Assembly: GCA_023246225.1 (NCBI GenBank)
Contig: JAHFIV010000001.1
Location: forward strand, 46-64,045
DNA: 64,000 nt
Direction: 5' to 3'
Source of the DNA: a bacterium
GTDB lineage: Bacteria; Patescibacteriota; Patescibacteriia; SG8-24
Shown: in pieces, positions 29,227 through 38,099 of the stretch
Layout: the number at the start of each line of letters is the position of its first letter
Position numbering within the stretch: the stretch's first letter is position 1
The notes under the pieces: generated by a model
Databases searched by the model: none
Told to the model about the DNA's origin: nothing
The model's input: only the letters and a program-made list of their open reading frames with translations
Made by a program: the position numbers and the translations under genes

Positions 29227-29816
29227 ACTCCATCTTCTTTCACAAAAGCGATATCAACATCCTGATACTTCACCGTACCGTTCGGTGTGTTCCCCACAAA
29301 CTCCTGCCGTTGTGTCTTCACACTGATCTCCGCTCGACCATCCGCATCTGCAAACGCGGTTGTTGTCGTATTGATTGCGCGAGTGGTGATGCCGTAGTGC
29401 TCCTTCGCGGGCGGCTTACCTTGCTCTTTTGCGATGTAGGCGTCGGTGCGGCCGATCATGCCAGAGCTCATAAATACTTTCAAGGCCACCAAATTTGCGA
29501 AGTCGTTGTCAAGATTTGAGTAGCTACCATAACGTTCCGCAAACGCTGCGGCGAGTCGACCGAGGTTTGCTTCAGCGGCGGGTTTTGGAGCCTGAGTCGT
29601 CACGGGATGCGTCACTGGAGCCGGTGCAGTATTCACCGAGGTGGTCGTACCAGTGTTCAACAAAAAAGTATTAGGCGTGCCGCTCGTCGCGTTCACCGCT
29701 TGGTTCGTTGCGGGAGTCGACGTGGTGTGCCGACCCAAAAACAACAACAACAGTAACAAAAGTACGAGGATGATCGCGGCGATAATAATTTTTGTGCGGC
29801 GAGGCATGGGAGACAA
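29196..29816 (-). CDS. bitopic membrane-anchored protein (VirB8-like placement)
   Basis: N-terminal TM anchor (IIIAAIILVLLLLLLLFLG), Thr/Pro-rich linker, globular C-terminal domain. Immediately downstream of VirB4. Confidence 0.4.
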   Translation of the reverse strand: MSPMPRRTKIIIAAIILVLLLLLLLFLGRHTTSTPATNQAVNATSGTPNTFLLNTGTTTSVNTAPAPVTHPVTTQAPKPAAEANLGRLAAAFAERYGSYSNLDNDFANLVALKVFMSSGMIGRTDAYIAKEQGKPPAKEHYGITTRAINTTTTAFADADGRAEISVKTQRQEFVGNTPNGTVKYQDVDIAFVKEDGVWKVNSATWK

Positions 29817-31712
29817 TTATTTTTCCAATGACGCTTCGTACTCCTTCTTCGCAGCTTCGATTTCAAGAAGTTGTTGTGGATTTGTAGTGACTACTTGATC
29901 TTCTGCATATGATGCCACCACCTTGATCGCCGCGTGTTTGTTTCCCGCAAAGAAAATTCCTTCACCGACGCCACACTCAAGTAACAAATACTTTTCACCT
30001 TCTGTGAGCAAAAACGTTTTTGCGATATTATCGATCGCCGCCGGTGATTGCTTGAGCAGTAACTGCATGGCGGAGTTCGTCACAATCGCCTGACCGTACG
30101 TATTGCGAAGGAAGTCGTTCACGTCCTGCGTGATCGTCGTGACACCGAGATAATATTTTCGACAACGCTTCACGAGTGCAAAGATGAACTTCGCAGAGTC
30201 CTCGTTTTGCATCAGCCACCACGCTTCGTCAATAACTAAGATACGTTTCTTTCGTTCAGACCGAACGGTGTTCCAGATGTAGTTCACGATCGCATAAATA
30301 CCGAGAGGGCGTAGCTCATCTTCAAGGTCACGCACAGAAAAAGTAACGAGTGTATTCTTCATCGCGACAGTGGTTGGCGAATTGAACAACCCCGCAAACG
30401 TTCCTTCTGTGAACTTTTTAAGGCGAATAACGAGATCTTTTGTGCCTTCCATACCCTCGAGCACATCCACGAAATCTTGAATGATCGGTGGTTCAACTGT
30501 TGCGAGATCAGAGTCAGGAGTAATATCTTTTTTTGCGTACGTTTCAAGAAGCGCACGATCAAGAATGGAATCCTCTTGCGCTGTGACAGCACCGAGCATG
30601 ATACGCAGCAATCCTTTCACGGTGATCACCGCGCTACGAATAATGTCCTCTGTCGTGACCTGCTCTCCTATCGCTCGTGGCAAATCAAACGGATTAATCT
30701 TCGCTTCTGAAGCGAGCGATACATTGATGTACGTTCCACCAACCGCATCAGAAAGATGTTTGTATTCCATTTCTGGGTCGATCACGATCACTTCGGTGCC
30801 GAGCATGAGCGAGCGAAGAATTTCTAGCTTCACTGTGTAGGATTTTCCTGCGCCCGATGTTGCAAACACGATGTAATTCGCATTTTGCATCGAAAACCTA
30901 TCAAACAAAATCAAACTGTTATTGTGACGATTCACTCCGAACAGCACACCGTTATCTGAAGTGAGATCTGCAGAAATAAAAGGAAACGACGATGCGACCG
31001 GCGAGGAGTTCATGTTGAACGTGATCATTAGCTCGTCATTTCCTTGAGGAACTGTCGAGTTAAAACCTTGCTCAGACTGATAAAATACTCGCTTCGTGTA
31101 AATCAACTTCCCACCGAACAATGATTCGACTTCTTCGGACAGTCGGTCTAGTTCTTTTTTGTCTTTCGCGTACACGGTGACGTACAACGCGAACTGGAAA
31201 AAATGCTCAGTCCCCTGCGAAAGCGAGTCGCGCAATTCTTCGATGTCGCGAAGTGCGGTTTCTCGAATCGGATCGCGCGGCGAGCCCTTCTCGTTATCAG
31301 AAAGAATCTGCGCTTCAAGCGTACCGACTTTTTTCTTGAGTTGTTTCAAAATGACTTCCGGTTTCACTGGATAGAAAAACATCGCAATATCCAGCGGATA
31401 GTTCAAGTTGACGATCGGTGCGAACCAACCGAGTGAGATGTAACGCGGATACGTCACCACAAAAATCGTTCGCACGTAACTTTCGTTCAACACTAAATAG
31501 GTCGGCTCGATTTTAAAACCTGCAGGCGCGACGATATCTTTAATGGAGACAACGCCCTTGCGATAAATCCGTTCCTCTTCGAGCAGTTCTTTTTCTTTTG
31601 CAAGTGTTGCAGTTTCTACGACTCGTTTTTGTGCCGTTCCTGAAAGTTTCCGCGGTGTTTGCGGAACGTTCACTGGTTCGAGTGATCCAATTTTTCCTGG
31701 TTCAAATGCCAT
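29817..31712 (-). CDS. VirB4/TrbE/CagE-family type IV secretion ATPase (ATPase portion)
   Basis: Walker A GAGKSYTVK and Walker B ILVIDEAWW. Conserved C-terminal TQDVNDF region. 631 aa. Confidence 0.9.
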   Translation of the reverse strand: MAFEPGKIGSLEPVNVPQTPRKLSGTAQKRVVETATLAKEKELLEEERIYRKGVVSIKDIVAPAGFKIEPTYLVLNESYVRTIFVVTYPRYISLGWFAPIVNLNYPLDIAMFFYPVKPEVILKQLKKKVGTLEAQILSDNEKGSPRDPIRETALRDIEELRDSLSQGTEHFFQFALYVTVYAKDKKELDRLSEEVESLFGGKLIYTKRVFYQSEQGFNSTVPQGNDELMITFNMNSSPVASSFPFISADLTSDNGVLFGVNRHNNSLILFDRFSMQNANYIVFATSGAGKSYTVKLEILRSLMLGTEVIVIDPEMEYKHLSDAVGGTYINVSLASEAKINPFDLPRAIGEQVTTEDIIRSAVITVKGLLRIMLGAVTAQEDSILDRALLETYAKKDITPDSDLATVEPPIIQDFVDVLEGMEGTKDLVIRLKKFTEGTFAGLFNSPTTVAMKNTLVTFSVRDLEDELRPLGIYAIVNYIWNTVRSERKKRILVIDEAWWLMQNEDSAKFIFALVKRCRKYYLGVTTITQDVNDFLRNTYGQAIVTNSAMQLLLKQSPAAIDNIAKTFLLTEGEKYLLLECGVGEGIFFAGNKHAAIKVVASYAEDQVVTTNPQQLLEIEAAKKEYEASLEK

Positions 31713-31713
31713 A

Positions 31714-32418
31714 TTATACCGTGGTGATTTCTTCGGTCACCCGAATTTTGGACTGATCGACCATTTTTTCATTGTCGTACAAATCAGGGTTGTACACGCG
31801 ATAGTACAGCTCGATAAGACTTTGCGTATCGAGTTGCACCGCCTTGAGACCCATGCTCCCGAGCGACCCCTGGATGTGGTCGACGCGCGTCTGAAGATCG
31901 TTCTTACGCTGACGAAATCGTGACTCCGCGAGTCGTACAGACAAGGCTGGAGTAAACGCTTCTGACAAGCGAGAAAAAAATCCTTTTGCTTTGTCGGAGA
32001 GTGGGTTGTATGGCACCACCACAAAAAATTGTTTCTGCATGATCTGTCCGAGGGTCACCAGTTCTTGCACGAAACTTCGGTAGTCCGCGATCTGAAATCG
32101 TAACAATTCGTTCGTTTGATTTTTTTGAGATTCCTTTAAGCGCTCGAGATACGTATCGATATTCAATTTTCGTGATTGGATGACGATCTGCAGTGGAAAT
32201 TCGAGTGCATTTAAAAAACCGATGTACGCAGAAATAATCGCGTTCTGCTCATCCTCTGATTTGAGTGCGAAGTTGATGCTCGCAACGAGAAGCACTGCGC
32301 GCATCGTGCCATCTTTCATAATGACGACATCTTCTTTGATTTCGTTGATATCCAAATACCGCTGGGTCGCCGGACCCGGCTTTGCTCCTGCGAGTTTTTT
32401 GGATTGCATTTCTGGCAT
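31714..32418 (-). CDS. VirB4 N-terminal domain encoded as a separate ORF (split VirB4)
   Basis: VLLVASINFALKSEDEQNAIISAYIGFLNALEFPLQIVIQSRKLNID resembles the N-terminal domain of Gram-positive VirB4 (PrgJ/TcpF-like). Its stop TAA is followed after 1 nt by the ATG of the VirB4 ATPase ORF. Confidence 0.55.
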   Translation of the reverse strand: MPEMQSKKLAGAKPGPATQRYLDINEIKEDVVIMKDGTMRAVLLVASINFALKSEDEQNAIISAYIGFLNALEFPLQIVIQSRKLNIDTYLERLKESQKNQTNELLRFQIADYRSFVQELVTLGQIMQKQFFVVVPYNPLSDKAKGFFSRLSEAFTPALSVRLAESRFRQRKNDLQTRVDHIQGSLGSMGLKAVQLDTQSLIELYYRVYNPDLYDNEKMVDQSKIRVTEEITTV

Positions 32419-32496
32419 ACGTTTGAACTATGGATCCCGGATCGGCCGTCGCCGCGCGACGCCCGCCCGGGATGACGCGCGCAAAGGAAATGCGCG

Positions 32497-32928
32497 TCAA
32501 TCAGCGTCAGGGTTGTACACACCACCAGTGTTCACCACAAGAGAAAGTTCGGTGAGTTTCGTTGCGGCGAGCGGTTCTTTTCTAATACGCACCACTGGCG
32601 GAGCCGGCGGTGGCGCTTTGATGATCTCACGCAACTCACTGTCGGTGTACTCTTTGTCCCACAATCGAAGGCTCGGGCGGCGCACGGTCTGCACCAGATT
32701 CAAACAAAAAAAATGAAACGGCTGACCGTTCACGCGCAAAAAAGCAAAAATTCCACCAATCATAATGGTTGGAATACCTGTTGCGAGAAACGCAGTGAAA
32801 TCGAAAAGTTTATATTCAATGAACATGACAAACGACGTGGCGAGCATCAAAAGAAACTGTCGAACGGTGAGTGGTCCGAGGATTTTATCCTCCACATCGA
32901 TGAACTGCGGGACAGTGAACTTGTTCAT
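32497..32928 (-). CDS. PrgI/VirB3-like small membrane protein
   Basis: The N-terminus FIDVEDKILGPLTVRQFLLML plus 2 TM segments is typical of PrgI-family proteins that precede VirB4 in Gram-positive-type T4SS. Confidence 0.55.
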   Translation of the reverse strand: MNKFTVPQFIDVEDKILGPLTVRQFLLMLATSFVMFIEYKLFDFTAFLATGIPTIMIGGIFAFLRVNGQPFHFFCLNLVQTVRRPSLRLWDKEYTDSELREIIKAPPPAPPVVRIRKEPLAATKLTELSLVVNTGGVYNPDAD

Positions 32929-32964
32929 ACGCTACATGTAGCATACCACAATCTACACCTCTTT

Positions 32965-33888
32965 TCATCCGAAGCGCACCGTGCGATTAAGCTCCATTAT
33001 CGCTGCGAATTCGTCCTTATTCAGCGCCGGTTCACGCTTTTTTTCGAGCTCGGCGATAACATCGAGAATCGGCTTACCTTCGAGACCACCACGAAGCATG
33101 GAGAGGTAGAGTTTGTTCACCTCGCTGTCCTGCCACGCTTTTATCCCCTGCGTTTTTATTTCGAAACCAAGATCATCGAGCAAATCGATCTTATCTTTAA
33201 TCTTGAGCGTGGCTTCGCGAGGATCTTTAGAGAGTCTACGAAAATCTTTGAGCGTGAGTGCGCGGAGTTCTTCGACTGGACCGGTTAGTCGCGGAGTAAA
33301 TTTTACGTCGGAGATCGTTTGCGCTGGTGGTGTTACTGTTGGCGCGGCTGCCGGTGTCGCGCGGGGCACGGGCGCGCTTGCTACTGGTTTCGGCGCAACA
33401 GGTTGCGGTTCATTTTTTGCGATCGGAGCAACAGGTAAATTCGGTGGTGCTGGTGCTTTTTCTTGCGGGGCAGCGGGTGACGTTACTGCGATAACGCGCG
33501 GTTCTGCAGGCGGCGTTTCTGATAGCGATTTTTGTGGCGTGGTTTGTGCAGCGCCACTTACTTTCGTCACCAATTTTGCAAACGCGCTATCGTTCGCTGC
33601 TTTTTCTTTTTGTTGCTGCTCGTCGGCTTCGTTCATCATCTTCGCTGTACGCACTGCGACATACTCCGCTTTTTCATTTGCGACACGACGCACATCTTTT
33701 GCGTGATACGCCGCATTTTTTTCTTTAAAAACCACCATCGCTTTCTCGGCGTCTGCGTCACTCACCCCCATTCCCCCACTTGCGATCGGCATAGTAAGTT
33801 TCGACGTCGTTTCCAGGACGTCACGGAGATCGCGAAAATACATCGACACAAGCATACGAAAGCGACGCCGCTCATCATCATCTTTCAC
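32965..33888 (-). CDS. hypothetical protein with long Pro/Ala-rich linker (T4SS-like cluster)
   Basis: A 307-aa ORF. The annotated start is GTG, overlapping the upstream stop by 1 nt; an alternative ATG lies 11 codons downstream. Confidence 0.5.
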   Translation of the reverse strand: MKDDDERRRFRMLVSMYFRDLRDVLETTSKLTMPIASGGMGVSDADAEKAMVVFKEKNAAYHAKDVRRVANEKAEYVAVRTAKMMNEADEQQQKEKAANDSAFAKLVTKVSGAAQTTPQKSLSETPPAEPRVIAVTSPAAPQEKAPAPPNLPVAPIAKNEPQPVAPKPVASAPVPRATPAAAPTVTPPAQTISDVKFTPRLTGPVEELRALTLKDFRRLSKDPREATLKIKDKIDLLDDLGFEIKTQGIKAWQDSEVNKLYLSMLRGGLEGKPILDVIAELEKKREPALNKDEFAAIMELNRTVRFG

Positions 33889-35126
33889 TACGATTCCAGA
33901 TGCGGCGATCGCTTCGTCTGCGGCGGTATCGTATGGGGTTGCTGATGGGACGATTTTTTTTCTGGATTCCGGCTCGGGGGCAGGAATGACAGAAGATAGA
34001 GGGGTAGGGGTGATTGAAGAAGTGGATGGCGGAATGACAACGGTTTTGGTCCTGGTGCGGGGGCAGGAATAACAGATGGAGGTGTTACGGGTTTTGGTGG
34101 TGGTACGGCTTTTTTTTCTGGATTCCGGCTCGGAGGCCGGAATGACATGTTCCGGGTCAAGCCTGGAATGACAAGAGAAGTGGTAGCCGGAATGACAGAA
34201 GTGACAGACGGAACGACAGGAGCAGGAGAGGCTGGGATGACAGAAGAAAGAGCAGGCAGAGTGACAGGAGATGGGGGCGTTGCTGGTTGCGGTGGTTTTG
34301 GTGGTGGTACAACCACTGGTTTTTTCACTTCTTCTTTTACGATTCTGGATTCCGGCTCGGAGGCCGGAATGACAATAGACGAAGGGGTTGGCGAGGCTGC
34401 GAGGCTTACTTTTCGCCCAAATCGGCCGGCGAGTTCCTTGGTTTTCTGCAGGAACCTCTCTTTTGTTTGGCGCTCTCGCTCTTCTCGCTCCTTTGCATTT
34501 TTTATCGCTTCCTCTTTGAGCGCAGGTAACTTTGGAGCGGCTTCGTGCAGTAACGCGATAACCGCAGCGCTCTGTTCGGGAGAAAATTCAGACCCCCCGG
34601 TTTTCACCGGCTTCTCAAGCATCTCCTTCGTTGCATTTTCATCATGAATACCTTTCAACTGTGCGGTCACGATCGTCTCAAACCGACGACGCAGCACGTG
34701 ATCACTCGGCGCGTATCCGCTTTTCTCCACAATCCCCCGTGCCATCACCTCGATCGGATCGACCGCGGGAGGTAGCGGCGGAAGAAATTCATCAGCGTGC
34801 AGATCTTTGTAAATCTTTTGCTGCTCTTCAAGAAGCTCTGTAGCATCAGCGAGCACATCAGCGAACGCATCACCTTGCACATCGAGCGCTTTTTCAAAAG
34901 GTATCCCTGCGTTGTCCTCAAGCCAGCTCGCAAGATCATCATCAGAAATTTTTCCGAGCGCAATCATGCGCACACCGCTCAAAAATTCGTTTGTCTGTAC
35001 GGGAGTGAGCTCGTGTCGCACCGCGATCTCGTCAAATTTTTTCTGTCGCTCAGACGCAGCGAAAAAGGTCTCCAGCTCCGGGAGTACCCACTCGTCCTCC
35101 TTGAACGTGAAGACCGGTTCGGTCAT
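33888..35126 (-). CDS. hypothetical acidic protein whose C-terminal ~140 aa are encoded by palindromic repeat cluster R2
   Basis: Continuous ORF. Residues after about 245 read VIPASEPES / SFRPPSRNPEKK, the translation of GTCATTCCGGCCTCCGAGCCGGAATCC-type repeats. Confidence 0.5.
   Translation of the reverse strand: MTEPVFTFKEDEWVLPELETFFAASERQKKFDEIAVRHELTPVQTNEFLSGVRMIALGKISDDDLASWLEDNAGIPFEKALDVQGDAFADVLADATELLEEQQKIYKDLHADEFLPPLPPAVDPIEVMARGIVEKSGYAPSDHVLRRRFETIVTAQLKGIHDENATKEMLEKPVKTGGSEFSPEQSAAVIALLHEAAPKLPALKEEAIKNAKEREERERQTKERFLQKTKELAGRFGRKVSLAASPTPSSIVIPASEPESRIVKEEVKKPVVVPPPKPPQPATPPSPVTLPALSSVIPASPAPVVPSVTSVIPATTSLVIPGLTRNMSFRPPSRNPEKKAVPPPKPVTPPSVIPAPAPGPKPLSFRHPLLQSPLPLYLLSFLPPSRNPEKKSSHQQPHTIPPQTKRSPHLES
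33958..34376. repeat. MITE-like palindromic repeat cluster R2, located inside a reading frame
   Basis: At least four TTCTGGATTCCGGCTCGGAGGCCGGAATGACA-type units within the 33888..35126 ORF. Confidence 0.8.
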
Positions 35127-35141
35127 AAAATACTACGGACC

Positions 35142-37787
35142 TCATTCTATCGAGTTTTTTATTTCAGCAATTTGTGCTGCCAGCTCTCCAATCTGCTTTT
35201 CCATTGTAGCATCCAGCGCGCTCGAATTCTTCATCGCGGTAATTTTTCTGAGATTATTTTTTAATACTTTGAGTTTTGCTATGGCTTGCTCTGAAAGCGT
35301 GCCGGAAGGACCACTTTCAAGAGTATCGATCGCTGTTAATGTTTTGTTGGCACCCTTACGAGCTGCTGCAAACTTTTCATCGGGCGATAGCGGCGCCATC
35401 GATCTTCCAAATTCATTTTCAGCATTACCAAAGCTGGTCCTTCCGCGTTCGATTGCTTTATTCATCGCATTACGTTCCGCTGGTGAGAGATTGCCTCGCT
35501 GAATAGCTTGTGCTAAACCCTCCGCTGCAGAAGCAAGACGATTCGCTGCGGCGATAGGACTCGTTGCAGACTGTACCGCAGCTAGCTCTTCGGCGATCTT
35601 GCCGGTTCCATCTCCACCCATGTCCGCATATTGTTTTGCAAGATCTGCCGCTTGTTTTTTAACGGTATCAAGATCAACGCCGGCACTAGCGCCACCAGAA
35701 TCTTCCTCATGCGCACGTGCTAATTGCTCCGTGTCCGCAAGAAGTTTTGTGGCGTTGGGATCTTTTGCCAACATTTTTTCATTGCGTTCTTGATCGACCG
35801 TTGCCCGCTCAATAGGGTTGGTCGCCACTCTATTTAACTCATCAATCTTCTTCTCGTTCTCAACACCTCCTGCCTCTTCAAGCATCTTAAGAATTTTTTG
35901 TTGATCCTTATCTGAATATTTCTCAAATTGATTCGCGTCAATATTTTTCAGGTATGTACTCTGAAATTCTCCTTTCCTTTCAAGCGCGGCGAGTTGTTTT
36001 TCTGGTCCAGCCCTCCGGAACCAACTTGCCGCCTTGTCGGCATTTTCAAATGCCGCGTCCTGATTTCCGCCCGCAGCGAGCGCTTTGTCAAATTGCTTCA
36101 CCGTATCTTTATCTTTTTCAGTATAGGCAAGAATTGGCTTGCCCTCCTCATCCTTTTTTACATTTCCGTTTTCATCTTTCACCTCAACCCGAACAATACC
36201 CATAACGTCTTTGAGAAGTTTTGCCTTGCCTTCTGGCCCAAGATTTTTCATTGAATCCGCACCTCGTTCAGCGTTCACAAGCATCGCTGCTTGGCGGTCA
36301 ACTTTTGAAGCTTTCTCGTCGCGTATGGTCTTCTCGTTCTCTTGCGTACTCTTGGTGTTTTCCTTCGCCTTTTCGGCAGCCAACCTATCAACCGCAGCCC
36401 GACGCTTTGCAGGGTCCGAAATATTAGCAATGTCACGCTTCTTTTCACGCGCTTCGGTAAATTTTTTGTCCATTCCTATAAATCTTCCAAACCCGGATTC
36501 CGTGAGCTTTTGTTTGTAGCCACGACCCATCGAAGCGAGACTTTGACGTTCGCCTGTCACTGGATCTTTTGCGCTAAGTATTCCCGCATTCGCTGCAGCA
36601 CCGCCCGCGAACTTCCCGAGACTCACTGCTCCTCTTTTGAGTTTCTGTGCGACTTTCTGTGCCATGCCTCCGCTTTCCGCGGCCATTTGCGATGACATTT
36701 TATATCCTGCCGCGAGCAAGACGATCATCACAATGAAACTTTTCACTTGATTGAAATCGCCAAATTGCGTGACGCCTGCGCTGAATGTTTCTGCCGCGCT
36801 TTGCGATGAGGTGAACCCGCTATCTAACTGATTTCCTGAAGCGACAAGGAGCGCGAGCCAAAGCACAAACGCCATGATCGGACCGAAGACGACTTGCCCG
36901 GTAAATTTTTTCCACCACTCTGCGTAGTATCCTGACGCAGCTTTTGTCGGCACCGCGCGAAGAAAAAACGCGAGTGGTGAGAGCACGATCAGCAGCCACA
37001 GAGTGACGATGCGTGCGATCAGTGAAAGCGACAGGACGATCAAAATTCCGCACGATACCGCAAGCGCGATCACTGCGAGTACGGAGGATATAACGATGCC
37101 GAGTGAAAACTTGAGGGGGTCAGATTCACCTATCGCTTTAAGCGTATCTTTGAGTGCAGATGCTGACGGCGAAAGAAGTTGAGTAAGATGCAAACCGTTC
37201 GCAAAGTTTCCACCTGCCGCTTCTTTGAAACCGTAGACGAACGTGAGCATCACCACCTGACCGAAGTCGATCAGCACTCCGCAGATCGTTCTCGTGAAGT
37301 TCACGAGCACCGCCATGATCAGCAGGCTCGAAAGGTTTTTATTTTTATAGCTGTACTGATCGACGCCGAGCATCGTGCCGAATGCGATGAGTAGCAGCAC
37401 CAAAATAAAAAACATGTTGGTGACATCGCGCACGATCGTCCAACCGTTCGTGACCACGGCTGCGTTCACGAAGTCGTTATACTGCGCAACGCTCACGAGA
37501 ATGCTCACGAGTCCGAGCATTAGTTGCCCAAGTACCATCACGATCACTTGGAGGATGTTCGCTATCAGGAGGAGGACGAAGCTGCCCATGAAGTTTCCTC
37601 CTGCAGCTGCTGCTCCGGACTTTACAGCGGCGTAGCCCGCCGCAGCAACAACAACCGGACCAAGAGCCTGTACCGGCCGTGCAGCAATAAACAAGAAAAC
37701 AAAAGAAAAACACGCGCACACGACATGCCGTCTGTTATCGCTTATCCAGCGAAAAAATTTTGCGGACTTTTCCCTCAAAAAAGGCAT
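35142..37787 (-). CDS. VirB6/TrbL-like polytopic membrane protein with ~500-aa charged coiled-coil C-terminal extension
   Basis: N-terminal signal. At least 7 TM segments in the first ~380 aa. Lies between the giant surface protein and the VirB3/VirB4 genes. No certain sequence signature. Confidence 0.5.
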   Translation of the reverse strand: MPFLREKSAKFFRWISDNRRHVVCACFSFVFLFIAARPVQALGPVVVAAAGYAAVKSGAAAAGGNFMGSFVLLLIANILQVIVMVLGQLMLGLVSILVSVAQYNDFVNAAVVTNGWTIVRDVTNMFFILVLLLIAFGTMLGVDQYSYKNKNLSSLLIMAVLVNFTRTICGVLIDFGQVVMLTFVYGFKEAAGGNFANGLHLTQLLSPSASALKDTLKAIGESDPLKFSLGIVISSVLAVIALAVSCGILIVLSLSLIARIVTLWLLIVLSPLAFFLRAVPTKAASGYYAEWWKKFTGQVVFGPIMAFVLWLALLVASGNQLDSGFTSSQSAAETFSAGVTQFGDFNQVKSFIVMIVLLAAGYKMSSQMAAESGGMAQKVAQKLKRGAVSLGKFAGGAAANAGILSAKDPVTGERQSLASMGRGYKQKLTESGFGRFIGMDKKFTEAREKKRDIANISDPAKRRAAVDRLAAEKAKENTKSTQENEKTIRDEKASKVDRQAAMLVNAERGADSMKNLGPEGKAKLLKDVMGIVRVEVKDENGNVKKDEEGKPILAYTEKDKDTVKQFDKALAAGGNQDAAFENADKAASWFRRAGPEKQLAALERKGEFQSTYLKNIDANQFEKYSDKDQQKILKMLEEAGGVENEKKIDELNRVATNPIERATVDQERNEKMLAKDPNATKLLADTEQLARAHEEDSGGASAGVDLDTVKKQAADLAKQYADMGGDGTGKIAEELAAVQSATSPIAAANRLASAAEGLAQAIQRGNLSPAERNAMNKAIERGRTSFGNAENEFGRSMAPLSPDEKFAAARKGANKTLTAIDTLESGPSGTLSEQAIAKLKVLKNNLRKITAMKNSSALDATMEKQIGELAAQIAEIKNSIE

Positions 37788-37868
37788 TGCAATGGGGGGA
37801 CGACTATACGCTTATAGTAGCACAAATCTCGACGGGGATGAATATGCTGTCTTCTCGGCCCTCTCCTC

Positions 37869-38087
37869 TGTCATTCCGGCCTCCGAGCCGGAATCCAGAA
37901 AAATTAAAAAGACCAAACGGAAATCGTTTGGCTTTACGGTTCTGGATTCCGGGTCACGGCCCGGAATGACAATAAAGGAGGCCGGAATGAAAGAGGGGTG
38001 GCTGGGTTCCACTCAACAAAAAGACCAAACGATTTCCGTTTGGTCTTTTTTACGTTTCTGGATTCCGGGTCAAGCCCGGAATGACAA
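37869..38087. repeat. MITE-like palindromic repeat cluster R3 (two adjacent elements) between the giant gene and the VirB6-like gene
   Basis: Starts TGTCATTCCGGCC and ends CCCGGAATGACAA. Contains two AAAAAGACCAAACG-N5-CGTTTGG-T-run bidirectional terminator-like hairpins. Confidence 0.8.
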
Positions 38088-38099
38088 AGCGAGAAAAAC

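Noticed and set aside
33113-33706. A 197-aa plus-strand ORF (Ala/Gly/Ser-rich)
   Set aside because: Antisense to the Pro/Ala-rich linker region of 32965..33888. Low-complexity mirror translation.
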